A DNA stretch of 64,000 bases from the NCBI GenBank assembly GCA_051362555.1, contig CM120646.1, forward strand, positions 17,484,001-17,548,000, written 5' to 3'. Numbering within the stretch: position 1 is the stretch's first letter; each line of letters starts with the position of its first letter. The translations under genes and the position numbers were made by a program. This document shows positions 28,814-41,825 of this stretch, piece after piece. The notes under the pieces are model-generated. The model searched no databases and had not been told where the DNA came from. It was given only the letters and a program-made list of their open reading frames with translations. This DNA is from Lingula anatina (taxonomy: Eukaryota > Animalia > Brachiopoda).

Positions 28814-30716
28814 TAACAGAAACACTTGCACACAAACTTCCTCTCACATTTACACTGTAATAAACCAGGAATTCCAAACGTGACGCATTCCTTTCTTTAC
28901 TTATCAAGTCGGGTGTTCTACAGTGCAAAAATATCCTCAAGCAATATTTTTCTTTTTTTAACATTTATGAATTATTGAAAGCTTCCTTTACACCGTCACA
29001 GATAACAGGGCATAAAATTACATTTTAAAAGATACCATAAGTTTACGTAACGCCAAAAGGCATTACATTTGTGACTTCCCTTAAAAAAGATGGCACTCCC
29101 TAATACAACATAGTGACAGAACGATTGCACTTATGATATGACTAAATGTGTCACAGTATAATTGTCATGGTCTATGAAATACGACATGTCCCGAAATGGT
29201 TTCTTATCCGGTTTTAGTCGTTTTAAAGCTGATATTCTTAATATGGTTTCAAAACGACAAAAATAATGCCTATATGCGCCATCGGACCACAATAAACTCG
29301 TTTTGTCTGACGCTTGTGAAATTGAAAAGCGGTACCGAAAGAATATTAGGATAGGGTGTAGAAAATTTACCTTGGCTTTTCAACCTTAAAAATAAAAACA
29401 GGTAGCATGCTTCGTACAAACGGCGCTTATTTTGATTGACACAAGCTTAGAAAATGAAACCATAATTGATTAAAGCCGAGTTTACCTAAAAATACAGAAT
29501 GTATTTCTATACCTTTATAAACAACCTATTGCTACACATCAAACTAAACAACAAGTAAAAAAAAACAACTTATATACTCTCTGTCAATTTGTTCGATGAT
29601 TCAGGGGTTAAATACATTTCTTCTGTTTTTTATACATGAGGTAAGTATAACCTCCTTTACCTCGATAACCACACACATGTATACATATCAAAATGTTACA
29701 GTCATTTTTTTTTTTGAGAATCATATATTCTAACTTTCACATATTTTCATATATTTTCTTTACGCCTGTCAGTAGCGCTGCCTGTCAGTGCGCAATTTGA
29801 AATACCTATGGTGAGCATCATTCACATCTCTTCTTCAGAATTAGTTGGGCTCGTGGACTGTATACCCCATTCCTAATTAGAAAAGCTAGCGGGGAGAATT
29901 TCAGATAAGCGTTTGCCCTGTCAAATAGATTATTAATAGCGGGTCTCGCTTTTTTCAGTGTGCACGAATTTTCGGGTGTTTGACTTCGGTGGCGATCGGA
30001 AAGCTCCTTATGATTTAAATGTTTGGAATGGAGATTTATGGGAACAAGACCATTTCAAATTGTTTAAATAACAATACTTCCGAAATTTCAACATTTTTCA
30101 TACTTAGGAGACATTTCAGATGACAATTGACACGTTATGGCTTGAAATGTTATCTCAGACATTTGCATGTACTATACTCGAAATTTAATTCTGAAAGAAA
30201 GCAACATGCTTGATATTGGGACTTTTCTATTTCCACAAAATCACTGTTCCTTTGGCCCTGGGGCGTTTGTCCTTAACAATAACAGGTGGGGACAAAAAAT
30301 TGTAAAGTTTTAGTCACTCGCAAAAGAGGTAAGCCCACCATTCTGTTAGCTTCCCGATACTGCCCTCGGGGACATGTTAACAATACCGGCTACCTCGTCC
30401 CCTCCCAAGGTGCGTTATTTTTTTGTTTCGTTTTGGTTTTAGTTATGTTTACTGTGGGACTCTAAAGCGTGTGTTAATCACACGCCTCAAGCAAAAGAGG
30501 CGGTGATATGTCGCTACTCAATTTTTCTCTTTTTTTTCTTCCTTTCTTTCTTCCTTTTGTTTGACAGCATAATGCGTGACAGCAGCCCGTGAAAGGTGAA
30601 GTGGGGGGGGGGGGGGGATCACTCTCAATATACATGTATACAGTATTTGCGTGCGTTTTCCCGCTGTTGATCTGCTCTCATCATGCTTGTGTCTGCGCTC
30701 GCTTCTGCATTGACTG

Positions 30717-30759
<43 letters not shown>

Positions 30760-31196
30760 GGGGGGGGGAGGCTCTAATGGAAATAGTTTCGTTTACTCGG
30801 TTGTGTAAAGAGCGGTCGATCTTTACCATGCTATCGTTATCACATAACGTTCGAATTAGTCAAATTTCCCTTTAAATAAGTATGAGATTAGCAGAGCGTA
30901 GGTGCTAGCTTGTAATAGGAGGGAAGTTTTTTATTCTTCTTATTCTTTTATCACTGTAATAATTATCATTGACGCTTCTAATGATTATCAACTTCTTACC
31001 TATTCATATTTATGGAGCTGAAAAACGCTGTTGTTTTCCGTAGGCTTTCTGGGTAAAGGGTATAAAATTTTGGTCTAAGTTTGGCTAAATTTTTGGGGCT
31101 TGAGTTCTATTCTCTTGATCGGCTCCTAATTACTGCGCGCGTATGAACACTCGTAAAACAGATATCTATAAGAATCAATTATGGAATACTTCAGCT

Positions 31197-31400
31197 TAGC
31201 ATCGGATCCAGGATTATTTGAAGGACAGATGCGAAGCTGAGGGGCCCAGAGAAATTTTCGTACTTTAGAGGTCGAACGGTGCCATTTGATTTAGCTGGTC
31301 AAAATTCTAGTTCCAAGAGAGGGCCATTGGTGTGAATTTTTTTCAGAAATCGAAGGAAGAGCCAGGACCCCACTGACACTGCCCTCTAAATCAGTCACTG
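31197..31400. mobile_element. Degenerate copy of hAT-like MITE (see 40929-41137)
   Basis: Shares cggatccagg, tttagagg.cgaacggtgccatt, gtcaaaattct, gccaggacccc and ctctaaatc...cactg with the 40.9 kb element. Confidence 0.7.
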
Positions 31401-32522
31401 TGGCTCTACTTGCACAGCGTATATCAATGGAGATGACATTGCATATTTTACTACGGTCCCTCGAGTTTTGGAAAGGAAGCTGCGCTTTGACAAGCCTATT
31501 TCCCAGAAGTGTCGATTTTAGCATTTGCAGCTTTCTCTCTCTCTCTCTTTCTTTCTTTTTATTTTTTTATTATTTTGAAATAGTTGTCTATTGTTCCTTT
31601 TTGGGTCTTAACTGTTACACCCAATGCAATGAACAATGCTCACACCACAGGGCACATGTTAAATGTCTCTTTTCGAAGAAAGTGACACAGGTATTCTTTT
31701 GAAATAGCTGATTTATGACACTGTTGTCACCACCAATGGCACAGTACCACACGGCACACTGCATTTTAATATAATTATTAAAATAATTATAATCATTTTC
31801 AATTATTTGACCACTAAAAACATTTTTTGGGGATTGGGATGGGTTACAGATTAGACTTCGTTCCAACTTCTATGAGCTTTTCTGCTCTCCCTTATCACCA
31901 ACATCAAAGTTTTGCTTGAATATAAGACAGAGTTCTGAAAGCATCCCCCAGGCTACGGTTTTCCCAACACGCACGGAAGGCTCAACAGGGGGCTGGGTTT
32001 TCCCCAAAAAATCTGGGGTACAGGGAGTCCTACCAAGTCCCAAAAATATACTGTAAGCGCGGGGAAGGAAATATATTTTAAAAATAATTCAAAATATAAG
32101 CCTTTTTATTTTCTGTTTTTTTTATTGATAATACTCAATTTCTTTTGGGGGATTTTATATATTTATAATAACTATATTCACTATGTATATGTCCACACAA
32201 TAAAATTGATTTTTATAGATTCCTGTTCTTTTTATAAGTAACAAAGTAACAAAGGTCGTGCTAGAGACATTAAATAAAACACATGACATTTTTGATCATG
32301 TATTCGCAAATAAATTAGCCATCGCATATCCCCGCACTATGCCACATTGTAACAAAAAGCTCAACCCATGGGCCCCTCCCTCTGGGTATCTATGCCACTG
32401 CCTTGGTCTTGATTATAGCTGATAAAAATCATAATTTAGCAAAAAAAAAACTTCTGCCTATAAGAAAATATAAATAAAAATATAAATAAGAAAGGGATAG
32501 TAATGTACTCTAGTAACATTAA

Positions 32523-32820
32523 GTGACCATTCAGATCCTGAAGAGCCGTGTGCTAGCAAGGCCGCGATCTAAATATGGTGGACCTACATGAAAGGAAGAT
32601 CGCTTAATCCTGTAATGGTCTCTCCGCCTCTCAGACGCCTCGGCCGGTTGAATTGAGCCGAGATTTTTAATTACTGTGCCCCTGCAGGGACGACGTGTGG
32701 GGAGGCGTGTGAGAGGCGGAGAAGCCATTACAGGATTAAGCGGTCTTCCTTTCATGTAGGTCCGCCATATTTAGGTCGCAGCCTTGCTAGCACTCGGATC
32801 TTCTCGATCTGAATGGTCCC
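32523..32820. mobile_element. Tourist/PIF-Harbinger-like MITE, ~115-bp TIRs, TAA target duplication
   Basis: Left gtgaccattcagatc...ggacctacatgaaaggaaga...ctccgcctctca is the reverse complement of the right end. TAA lies on both flanks. Related copies at 5.0 and 26.05 kb. Confidence 0.85.
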
Positions 32821-33633
32821 TAATATCTAGTGATATTTTTTTCGGTGGGCCATTTTTTTTATTGTTATAGCTATCCCAACAGGCATTTTTCCACAAAATC
32901 GAATTAAAGCTTAAAACGTAACTCTCTCCAACTCATTGCGCAATCCGCCCCCTGCTCATGGATTTGATGTTGTTTACCAATCTAATTTGAATGAATTAAT
33001 TTTAAATGTTTTCCGTGACCTTTAGATCGCCCTTTCTTCCTGGACGTTCCCCAGGGGAACCTTGAACTTCTTTTTGACGGGTTGATATCACTTTTAAGAT
33101 CTAGATTGGGGAAGATAAGTAGCACTGCGGGACATGAAGACTGACAATTACTTCGGAGGATTTTCAAACGTGGATAGTATAGGCCTATCTTTGGATATTA
33201 AAGGACATTGCGTGCTAATCCTTGTGTCAGTTCATATCAGCGACAAGTACAAATTATGGTTGAGCAGGATTTGCTTTGTTAAAATCGGCCAAGCGTTAAA
33301 TACGAACGGTTTAAAGGAAAAAAGTTCCAAACTGTTGATTGAAGACCTTCGTTTTTGGCCAATCTATTATAATATATCTAACCAGGTGGCCTGCCAGACG
33401 CAAATGATTTAGAATCCCGTTTTAATCAAGTCATATCAATAACCATAATCAAAATTATATACCGCAATATTTCTCCTGGTTGTAAAATCAACATCTGGAA
33501 GTCGACGAGGGAGAGTGTAAACATCTATGCATCAACGCTTGAATTTTTCTAACTTTTAACCTTTTAAAAATTGAAAAGAAGATCTGCGCTGTTTGAGGCA
33601 AACGCTAAATAAACGATATGTCGTACACATCGC

Positions 33634-33833
33634 ATTGGCCAATCAGGTGCAAGTAGAATATATTGGGGCGTGGTATGAGTATAGCTACCAGTTCGTAGAA
33701 CGGAAAAAAGCGCCGTTATAACAAGCACTAAAGGCTATAAAAGGTACATTACCGCTGTGAAATTCATTGCCACTGCTTTGACATCAATTTCAACGTGAGG
33801 GCAAGATCTATCTGATCACCAATCATTTGCAAG
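33634..33833 (+). promoter_or_regulatory. Putative ZP-B promoter and non-coding exon 1
   Basis: Palindromic ATTGGCCAAT (33634-33643), TATAAAA (33736) and donor AAG|GTAAGG at 33833/33834. A matching acceptor lies at 37604, upstream of the ZP-B ATG. Confidence 0.55.
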
Positions 33834-35650
33834 GTAAGGCCATGTTTTCCATGAAGCTGCATTGTAAATTATCTGTGTGTATTGCACTTTTTGTACATTA
33901 CCACTTTATGCCATGTCAAATATATATATATATATTTGATTTTAAGATTTTAAGTATAAAAATTTTCTTTATGGATTTGGTTGTTGTCGTAACTGCGTGA
34001 CCGTAACAAATTTGATTTAGCGTGTAATGTGTGCGCACTTGATAGTGATTCTGGATAGTTTCACACGTTATAATTTTCCAAAACTTTTTAAATCGTATAA
34101 AAACCGATTCCACAGCCTGTATATTTGTTATTTAAGCAACGCATGAATATATCCGATTTTGTGGGATAGTATAGATTGGCTTTGGGGTCTTAAAACGATG
34201 TAACCTCTCGTAATTATTACATTTCAAGTAAAACTGTAAGTTAATTTACCAACCCAAATAAAGGTAAAAGAGGGAAGCTATTGCAAAAGGCAATTTTTGA
34301 CTGAAAGCGAAATCGTCATTGTAGCCTCCTCAGCGTGTGTAGGGTCATTTCATGCTACAACCGACTTTTACCACCAGAGGCGCATTAATTTTTTAGGTGA
34401 TATATTTCTTTGACAAAAAACTTAAAAAATGCTGCGTAGTGTATGAGATGAGAAGCATCGGTGCATTTAATGGATGAAATCATGCAGCGTTAGTACTTTA
34501 TGTATCTTCTACCTTGGTAGGATGGCAAATGTTTTTATCCTACTTAGGCTATGAGCCAAAGTAAAACAAATATTTAGGGAATAGGAATTTACAAAAATTT
34601 ACTGATTGTACAACCAATAAGTAAGCTGGCCATGTTGAAAAAAATCGAAGTCACATCGTAGTATTTTGTACAGTATAGGCCTACTCTGGATTGGAAGATG
34701 CACCTGACGCGTCTGCGCATGGAGTCAGAAAAAAAAATTGTGCTGTTGACAGAGTGATGGCGTTCCACATAGGGACCAAAGATAGTCTTTTGTGTTTCTG
34801 TTTGTTGGGTTATCAGTGCCCGAGTGTATCCCCCCCTACATATTTGCAACGTGTATGTATTGTTAAGGTTCCCGTTGACCACTCCCAGCTCACCAACACC
34901 ATGGCAACCAATACACAACCCCATACCATGGTTTATGTATGACGAGTCCTGTTGGCCAGAGAAAAAAATTAGGAAGAAATAAATTAGTACTTCTCATTAG
35001 CCTTTCTCCAAACCCTTACTTGTCAACAACGCTGTACCTGCTTTCATCTGAGAACATTTACCATTGTTCAGTTGCTGCCTGGTGTCCATGTTGGAATTCT
35101 GGTATACCATATGACTAGACAAAGACGGTTACTGGCGAAGAACATTACAACCCTGCCAAAAGAACGACCGCTGTTACATGTAATGCGTCTTTTGACCGTG
35201 AACTCAGAAACGGAGTTTGCTCTTTTTTGGTCAAATAATGAGGTCGAGTTCCTTATTGTCATTCTTTCTTCTCAAGGAGTAGTCCCCCCCTTCGTCCTGA
35301 TACAGGTTATCTTGCCCTTGTGCCTGTGCCTGTTTTGTTCAACCCTCTTCATGGTTACTGGAACAACCCAACTATCAGGCAATTTCGTGCCCCCCCCCTC
35401 CCCCCCCCCCCCCCCCCCCCCCCCGTGTCAACTGTATTGTCAACCATGTATCCTCTCACTTAATTCCTAATTTACATGATGATTTGCTACCTAGTTGTTA
35501 CCTTGTACTTTATGAATTCTACACGCCTCAAAGATGGCATTCCACTTGTAAATTTAATTCTATGGTAGCCCTTATAAGCGATGTACATAAATGCGGTAGA
35601 GGTGCCACTTGGTAGGGGACTTGAAAACGGAATGTTAGTCCGCTAGTCTT

Positions 35651-36230
35651 AAGTGCCCATGTTCATCTATGATCATGGGGTTATCAACCATGGAAGTTTA
35701 AATTTCTTAAACCTAATGGTCTAGGAGATAGTGGAAATTACAATGTTAAAAAATTAGAATCGACCTCCCCAGAAACAGCACAAACTTGAACTTTTAAGTG
35801 CCCATGCACAACCCAGATGACAAGTTAAAACCAATCAATAAAGTTTGACCTTCCTAACACAAAAAGTGTATGAGGTGTACGCAGAAATTACAGTGTGGAA
35901 GGAAATTAGAGCCAACCACTCCCCAGGGGCAGCTCAACCCCCAGTTACACTTATATTTTGAAATGCCCGTGCCCTTCCCTGATGACAGGTCTATCAATCC
36001 CCAAAGTTTCAACTTCCTACATGTAACTCTAAGGCAGTAGGAGGAGATAGCGGAAATTAATTAGTTAGCGTGAAAAAAATTCGAGTCAACCACCTACAAG
36101 GGACACAAGGAACAGCTCAATCTCCAGACACACTGAAATTTTGAAGTAAACGTGCACATCCCTGATGACAGTCCTCACAGTTTCAAATTCCTAACTCTAA
36201 TGGAATAGGAGGAGATAGCGGAAATTAATA
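35651..36230. repeat. Four degenerate ~145-185-bp tandem subrepeats of an interspersed element
   Basis: Recurring aagtgcccatg...gatgac...aagttt...ttcct...ggagatagcggaaatta at ~35651, 35796, 35961 and 36144. Confidence 0.7.
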
Positions 36231-36231
36231 A

Positions 36232-37164
36232 AGCCTGGCTCCCAACTCCACGCACGATTTTTCATGGGTACGTTTTTTTAAGTGCCTCTCGTCTGGATGG
36301 ACCGTAGCTAGATCGCAGGGAAGGAATCAAGTAATTGGTGATTGCAAGGAGTACGCAAGAAGAAAGTGCATGGAAAGTGCGAAAGAACCGCAGCCCCCGC
36401 ACGTCAGAAGTACCTGCTGTCGCTGACGGGCTTCTGCAAGGGTCCTGCGCGCCTCATGCATGCTAAGTACAAGCATCGTGCACTACGTACGTGATCCGTA
36501 GAGTACGGCCAACGCAAGGGGAACACAAGGGCAACGCAAGTGAATGTTGAGCAGTCTTGCTGACTTCCTACGGTTGTTGCTCGTCCTTTGCACGCGAGTC
36601 TTGCGTGATGAGATGTTTTTTGGGAAGGTATAAAAACTGCAAGTTTAAGGAGAACATTATATCCGCAGCAGTGTTCAAAGATGTTGCCTTTTTAGGCATT
36701 TTTCAAACTTGAAGTCCCATGCTTTTTCGTGCATGCTTCTCCTTTTAAACCCGCGGTCCGTGCGCATGGAATGACCACTACTCACTCAAAATTCACGAAA
36801 CCCGTGAGCTCCACACGGCGGGCGCGTGAAGTGCAGAGTCAGCACGGAATGAGCAAGAAATAAGTACGTGTATTGTGGGCCTTAACCACGTGCATTGCAC
36901 GCATCGTAACCAACCAAGTGCAGTGGAACAAAAGAATTTCCTAAAGTGTGCCGTACGACAGGCGAACGTGTTCCATTTTTTTTGACATGTCGTAGACTGC
37001 ACGCAGCGGGTGTTGATCATGTCGAAAAATTTCTACGTGCTGTCTGCGCCCTCCAAATGTTGCACGATGGACGTGCTCCTCAGGCACGAAATCCCACGTT
37101 TACCCAATTTTTTTGGTCCGTAGACCACACGTAGCAGCCCGTACGTTGGGTTGGGACCCAGGCC
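36232..37164. mobile_element. Non-autonomous DNA transposon (PIF/Harbinger-like), ~930 bp, GC-richer
   Basis: Imperfect ~25-bp TIRs (agcctggctcccaactccacgcacg / cgtacgttgggttgggacccaggcc) with TAA on both flanks. No transposase ORF recognised. Confidence 0.7.
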
Positions 37165-37633
37165 TAACATACAGACGCAAGGACGCACGGACAGGCGGCA
37201 TAACATGATCAGGGGCGGATCCAGAGGTATTTTCTGACAGCCTTCGAACCTATCCTTGATGATCTATCCTCAATTTTTGGCCGTCTTCCGACAGTTATTT
37301 AAAGGGTACCGGAGGAGACAGGATTGTGCCGGAAGTGACGTGTAGTGGTGTAAGACGTGAGCCTGAGTGGTCTTTTTTAGCTGGAGGTGAACGGGAGTGA
37401 AGACATGGGCTCAGAGAAAAAAGCAGTTTTTCCAACAACATAGTAAGATAAAATTTTTTACCAAAAATGCCCATGGGGAGCATTTTTATCAATAGAGGAT
37501 TTTTATTTTTTATTATGACCGCATTATGGACTCATAACTGCAGTTAAGTAACTAGTAAAAATGAAAGCTTTATGTTTGTTTAAACCGTTATTTGTTATTT
37601 ACAGATTGTTGGTGAGAAAGGAAAAAGGGAAAA

Positions 37634-39592
37634 ATGCAAAATATCATCTTTTTAATGGTGAGCGGCAATTTGTGTGTTAAAGAAATGTTTCGGTGTATGC
37701 CACTTTGTGGCAAAAAATTGGGACAGTGCCTGTGTGGCATTTTATTCAAAAACAATTAATGTAACAGGAGACTAGTTCTGTATTTATTTATTATTTATTC
37801 ATTTATTATTATTTATTGATAACGGTCTTTCTAAGCTGTAAATATGAAAATCATTTAAAAAGTTTTACAACCATGTGACGAAATGGTGCACCTTGATCTT
37901 GTCACCTCTCCTTTTGTAATGTGTGAATGTATAATACCACATGCAAAAAGCACCAAAAAATTCACCATTAAAAGTTCCACTTTTCTCTTTAGGTTTTCCT
38001 CACTGGATATGCTTATGGCCAAACCACTCTTAGTAAGTATACATTGCATACCCCCCTCCATTGCTGTATTGACATCATTGGTATAATCATACGTGTCGCA
38101 GGCCAATTCCCAATTCAGACAGATTTTCAAATTAACCTAGGTCCAGTCCACTGATTTATGTCATGTTTAATGTTCTTTAAATTAAATGAGTGACGCAAAT
38201 CTTCATATTTAAAATTAAACTCACTGAGAACGCTGTCGCCGTTTAGTAACCATTCCTGAACAGCGTGCACGTAAGTTTGGAGGTTTTACAAAAGAGTAAC
38301 TTATCTTTGACATACTTTTCTAATATTATCAATAAATAACTGTCACTAGAGGAGATGACAATGGTTCATTGTAGTGACAAGGGCCAGGCTCTTAGAAAAT
38401 TATGAAATTTGACTTTTCGGGGACCTTATCGTGTACTCACGAATTTAATAAAACATTGAATGTCGTAAATAGGCGGTAAAATGGAATTGTGTTCCTTGTC
38501 CCTCTTACTTACCAACAGTCCCAATGAAGTTTTAAATTTGAATTCGTATATCAATATGCAGATCTGTATGTCTCAATCATTCTCAATTTATGCAAAATAG
38601 GTTTAACAAAATAGTAATTATCTTACTTATCAATACTTTACCCATTTGTTCCTTCTGAAATAAAGTACTATTCACTAAGCATACTTTATTCATATCTTCA
38701 TTAACATGCTGTGGCTTTACTTGACTCCAAAATTGACTCAAAAATTGTTTAGATTTTATAATAATATACATCTTCTGAGGTTTGATTTACGTAAATGTGA
38801 ACGCCAGGTTGTTTTTTATCATTTATTTCAGCAGCAAGGCTGTCTATACCTGCTTTTATTTTTATCAAAAAGTATGACATATCCAGCCAAAATAAGGAGC
38901 TGGTATCCTTTAAATTAATGTGTTGAATTTCTTACTTTGCTCCGTTTGGGCAGACATCTTTCACCATTAATAGACTTTCATAAATATATAAATTATATGT
39001 TTCAGACTACACGTGCATAGCTTCATCAGCAGAGGTTACACTTGCCCTATCCGCGCCCGATCCCAATTATTATGCAGTATATGAAATAAGCAGTTACGAC
39101 AACTGCTCATTTACCAGTGATAATGTTAACAGCCAATGGACGGCAACGCTAAACTATACTACTTGTGTACGTAAGCATGCACACTGACATCCGAATGACG
39201 TCTTGAAATGATGTTATCTTTAAATCTATTCAATACCTTCCTTTTTAGATTTATCCAATTTCTCCCGTAGATATTTCACCCAGATATAACTGGGAATAGC
39301 ACCAGACATTGCTTTTGCGTTGGTCGTATTGATCAGTGGATCAAAAACTAAACAGTTTATTTAAACTGATAGACTGAAATATGATTTTTTTACACTTTTC
39401 GTTTGCGAATTCCGTTATATCTTTTTGAAGCATAGATTCTAGTTCCGTGGCTTGCAGCATATTCCATTAGCTATTTGTCGTTGGTGCCCAGTGTTTCAAA
39501 ACAAGTAAGAATAGCACAAAAATGTGAGGCAAATTAGTCGTGGGACATCAATTAAACATCTATCAAACAACGGATCGATCCCCCTACTCTTT

Positions 39593-39665
<73 letters not shown>

Positions 39666-41771
39666 CTTGTCTCTTTCACTAGACTTTATCTACTCGTGTC
39701 TTTTTTAATTCGTCTATTTTTAATACAGGGCATCCAGGATTCAGTCACTCCTACTCAGTACAATCTAACCATTAGGGCAGTGTTTCAAGGGAACCAAGTT
39801 GAGAGTAGACATGATTATGAGTACCTCCTCTCTTGTGACACAACCATCGAATCCACTGTGACAGAAACAGTTGACGCCACCCCTGCCAACGTGTAAGTAT
39901 ACGAGTGTATTTCCAACATACATGGAACGTTATTATAACGTTACCATAACGTTTATATAACCGAAAAAAAAAAAAAAACGTTATAGAAAGTTTATAAAAC
40001 GTCCTGTACGTGCTAGGTTACCACTTTTGTTTACAAGCAATTTGTAATAATAATAATAATAATAATAATAGTTTTCCACTGATCATATTACTTGTTGCTA
40101 CTGAATAATGTGTCTTCTAAGTTATGCCTTTATTAATCACCACTTTAAATGCAGTGGTATTCGAATGCAATGCATTGGAATGTAGCGAAATGTAGTGATG
40201 GAACTAAAGGAGAAGAGTGAAATACATTTATAATCGTGTAATAACAAAAGACTGAAACATTTTTAAAAAAAGATACAGAAAAATAAAAAAATAGCGAGGA
40301 AGGGAGCGACGAACATGTAAAGAACGACAATGCAAAATAACGGTATAATTATAGAGATGTTGTTAAGTTTTAGTTTTCTTATACACTTTAAGGTAATAAA
40401 TACATAATATGGCGACTTAAAAGTAAGCAACAACATATGAAGGCCAGGAGAAACCGGTATTGTCTAAAATAATGTTAAAATAACCAAATGCCGATGTAGA
40501 GGATGAAAACTTTTTTAAGCTCTCCACTGACTTATTTTACTACGATAAGATGAAAACAATTACCTAATATCATCCAAATCGATATAAATTAACATATAAG
40601 ATATAAAATAATAAAAAGAAAACAAAACAATTTACAAAATATATAGTTACCTCTTTACCCACTGATGAGAATCAACCAAGCTGCGCCCAGGTCAAGTATG
40701 TGCCCACTGATATAGCTGCTGGCGACTAAAACTACTCAGATATTCATAATCATATATTAATTTTCTTAAACCGACGATAGCGGCATTGTGTAAGGCGTGA
40801 CTGACTTGTTGATGTCGACATCAGTACTCATCATGTTAAAGATAAACAGGGCTGCGACTACCATCTATTGGCAAAGTAAGAAAATATGGTTTGTATAATT
40901 AGTTGATTTTTAAAATACACTTTGTATACAGGGCGGATCCAGGGTTATTTGCAGGGGACCGCCGATGCGATTTTTGGTATTTTAGAGGGCGAACGGTGCC
41001 ATTCCGTACTGTTTAGTACTATAAATCAGCTAGTCAAAATTCTTATACCAAAAGGGGAATATATATATTAGTGTGATTTTTTCAGACACCGAAAGGGGGG
41101 CCAGGACCCCCCTGACCCCCCTCTAAATCCGCCACTGTTTCTATAGCTGTGTCTTTTCTCTACGCACCACAAAGCAATTTCAATTCGCTAGATACTATTT
41201 TGCTAATACTTATTTATTTTGTCTACAGCAATAAAAAAAATGTACTGGTACTTGAAAATTACCCTCTACCAGGGCGACAGATTGATTTTTCACATATATT
41301 CACAGATAGGTCTCTAGATAAATAGACAGTCATTTTGGTCTGATTCAGCAAAAAATGTCCACAATAATAACTGAGACCCTGGTAGAGAGTACTTGATAAT
41401 ATACCATGGAATTGATGGATTGATAGTTTGCGGATGATACTTCTTAGCACTTCTGAGTCTGATTATCGGGATCAAGTTCCGGCCATTGTTTCATGGTGCT
41501 CTGAAAACTACCTCGAGCTTAATGTCAAAAAGACGAAAAAATTATCATAGGAAAATTCAACAGAAATCAGCCATCTTATGATAAATAGTTCCGAGGTTGA
41601 AACAGTCAGAAATTTTTAATTTCTTGGCATGCATATCTCTGATGATCTTAAATGGCACATCAACAAAGATAAAATTGTTTGTAAGGCTCAGCAAAAACTT
41701 AATGGATTTTAGTACTTTTTTTGTATCTTATTTTATCAATTTTCATTTTATACTTTTGTGTATAAATATGA

Positions 41772-41825
<54 letters not shown>

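Noticed and set aside
35068-35262. Minus ORF with FTVKRRITCNS, reminiscent of the Penelope GIY-YIG linker
   Set aside because: The expected following NVIY/C and YIG motifs are absent; similarity is too short.
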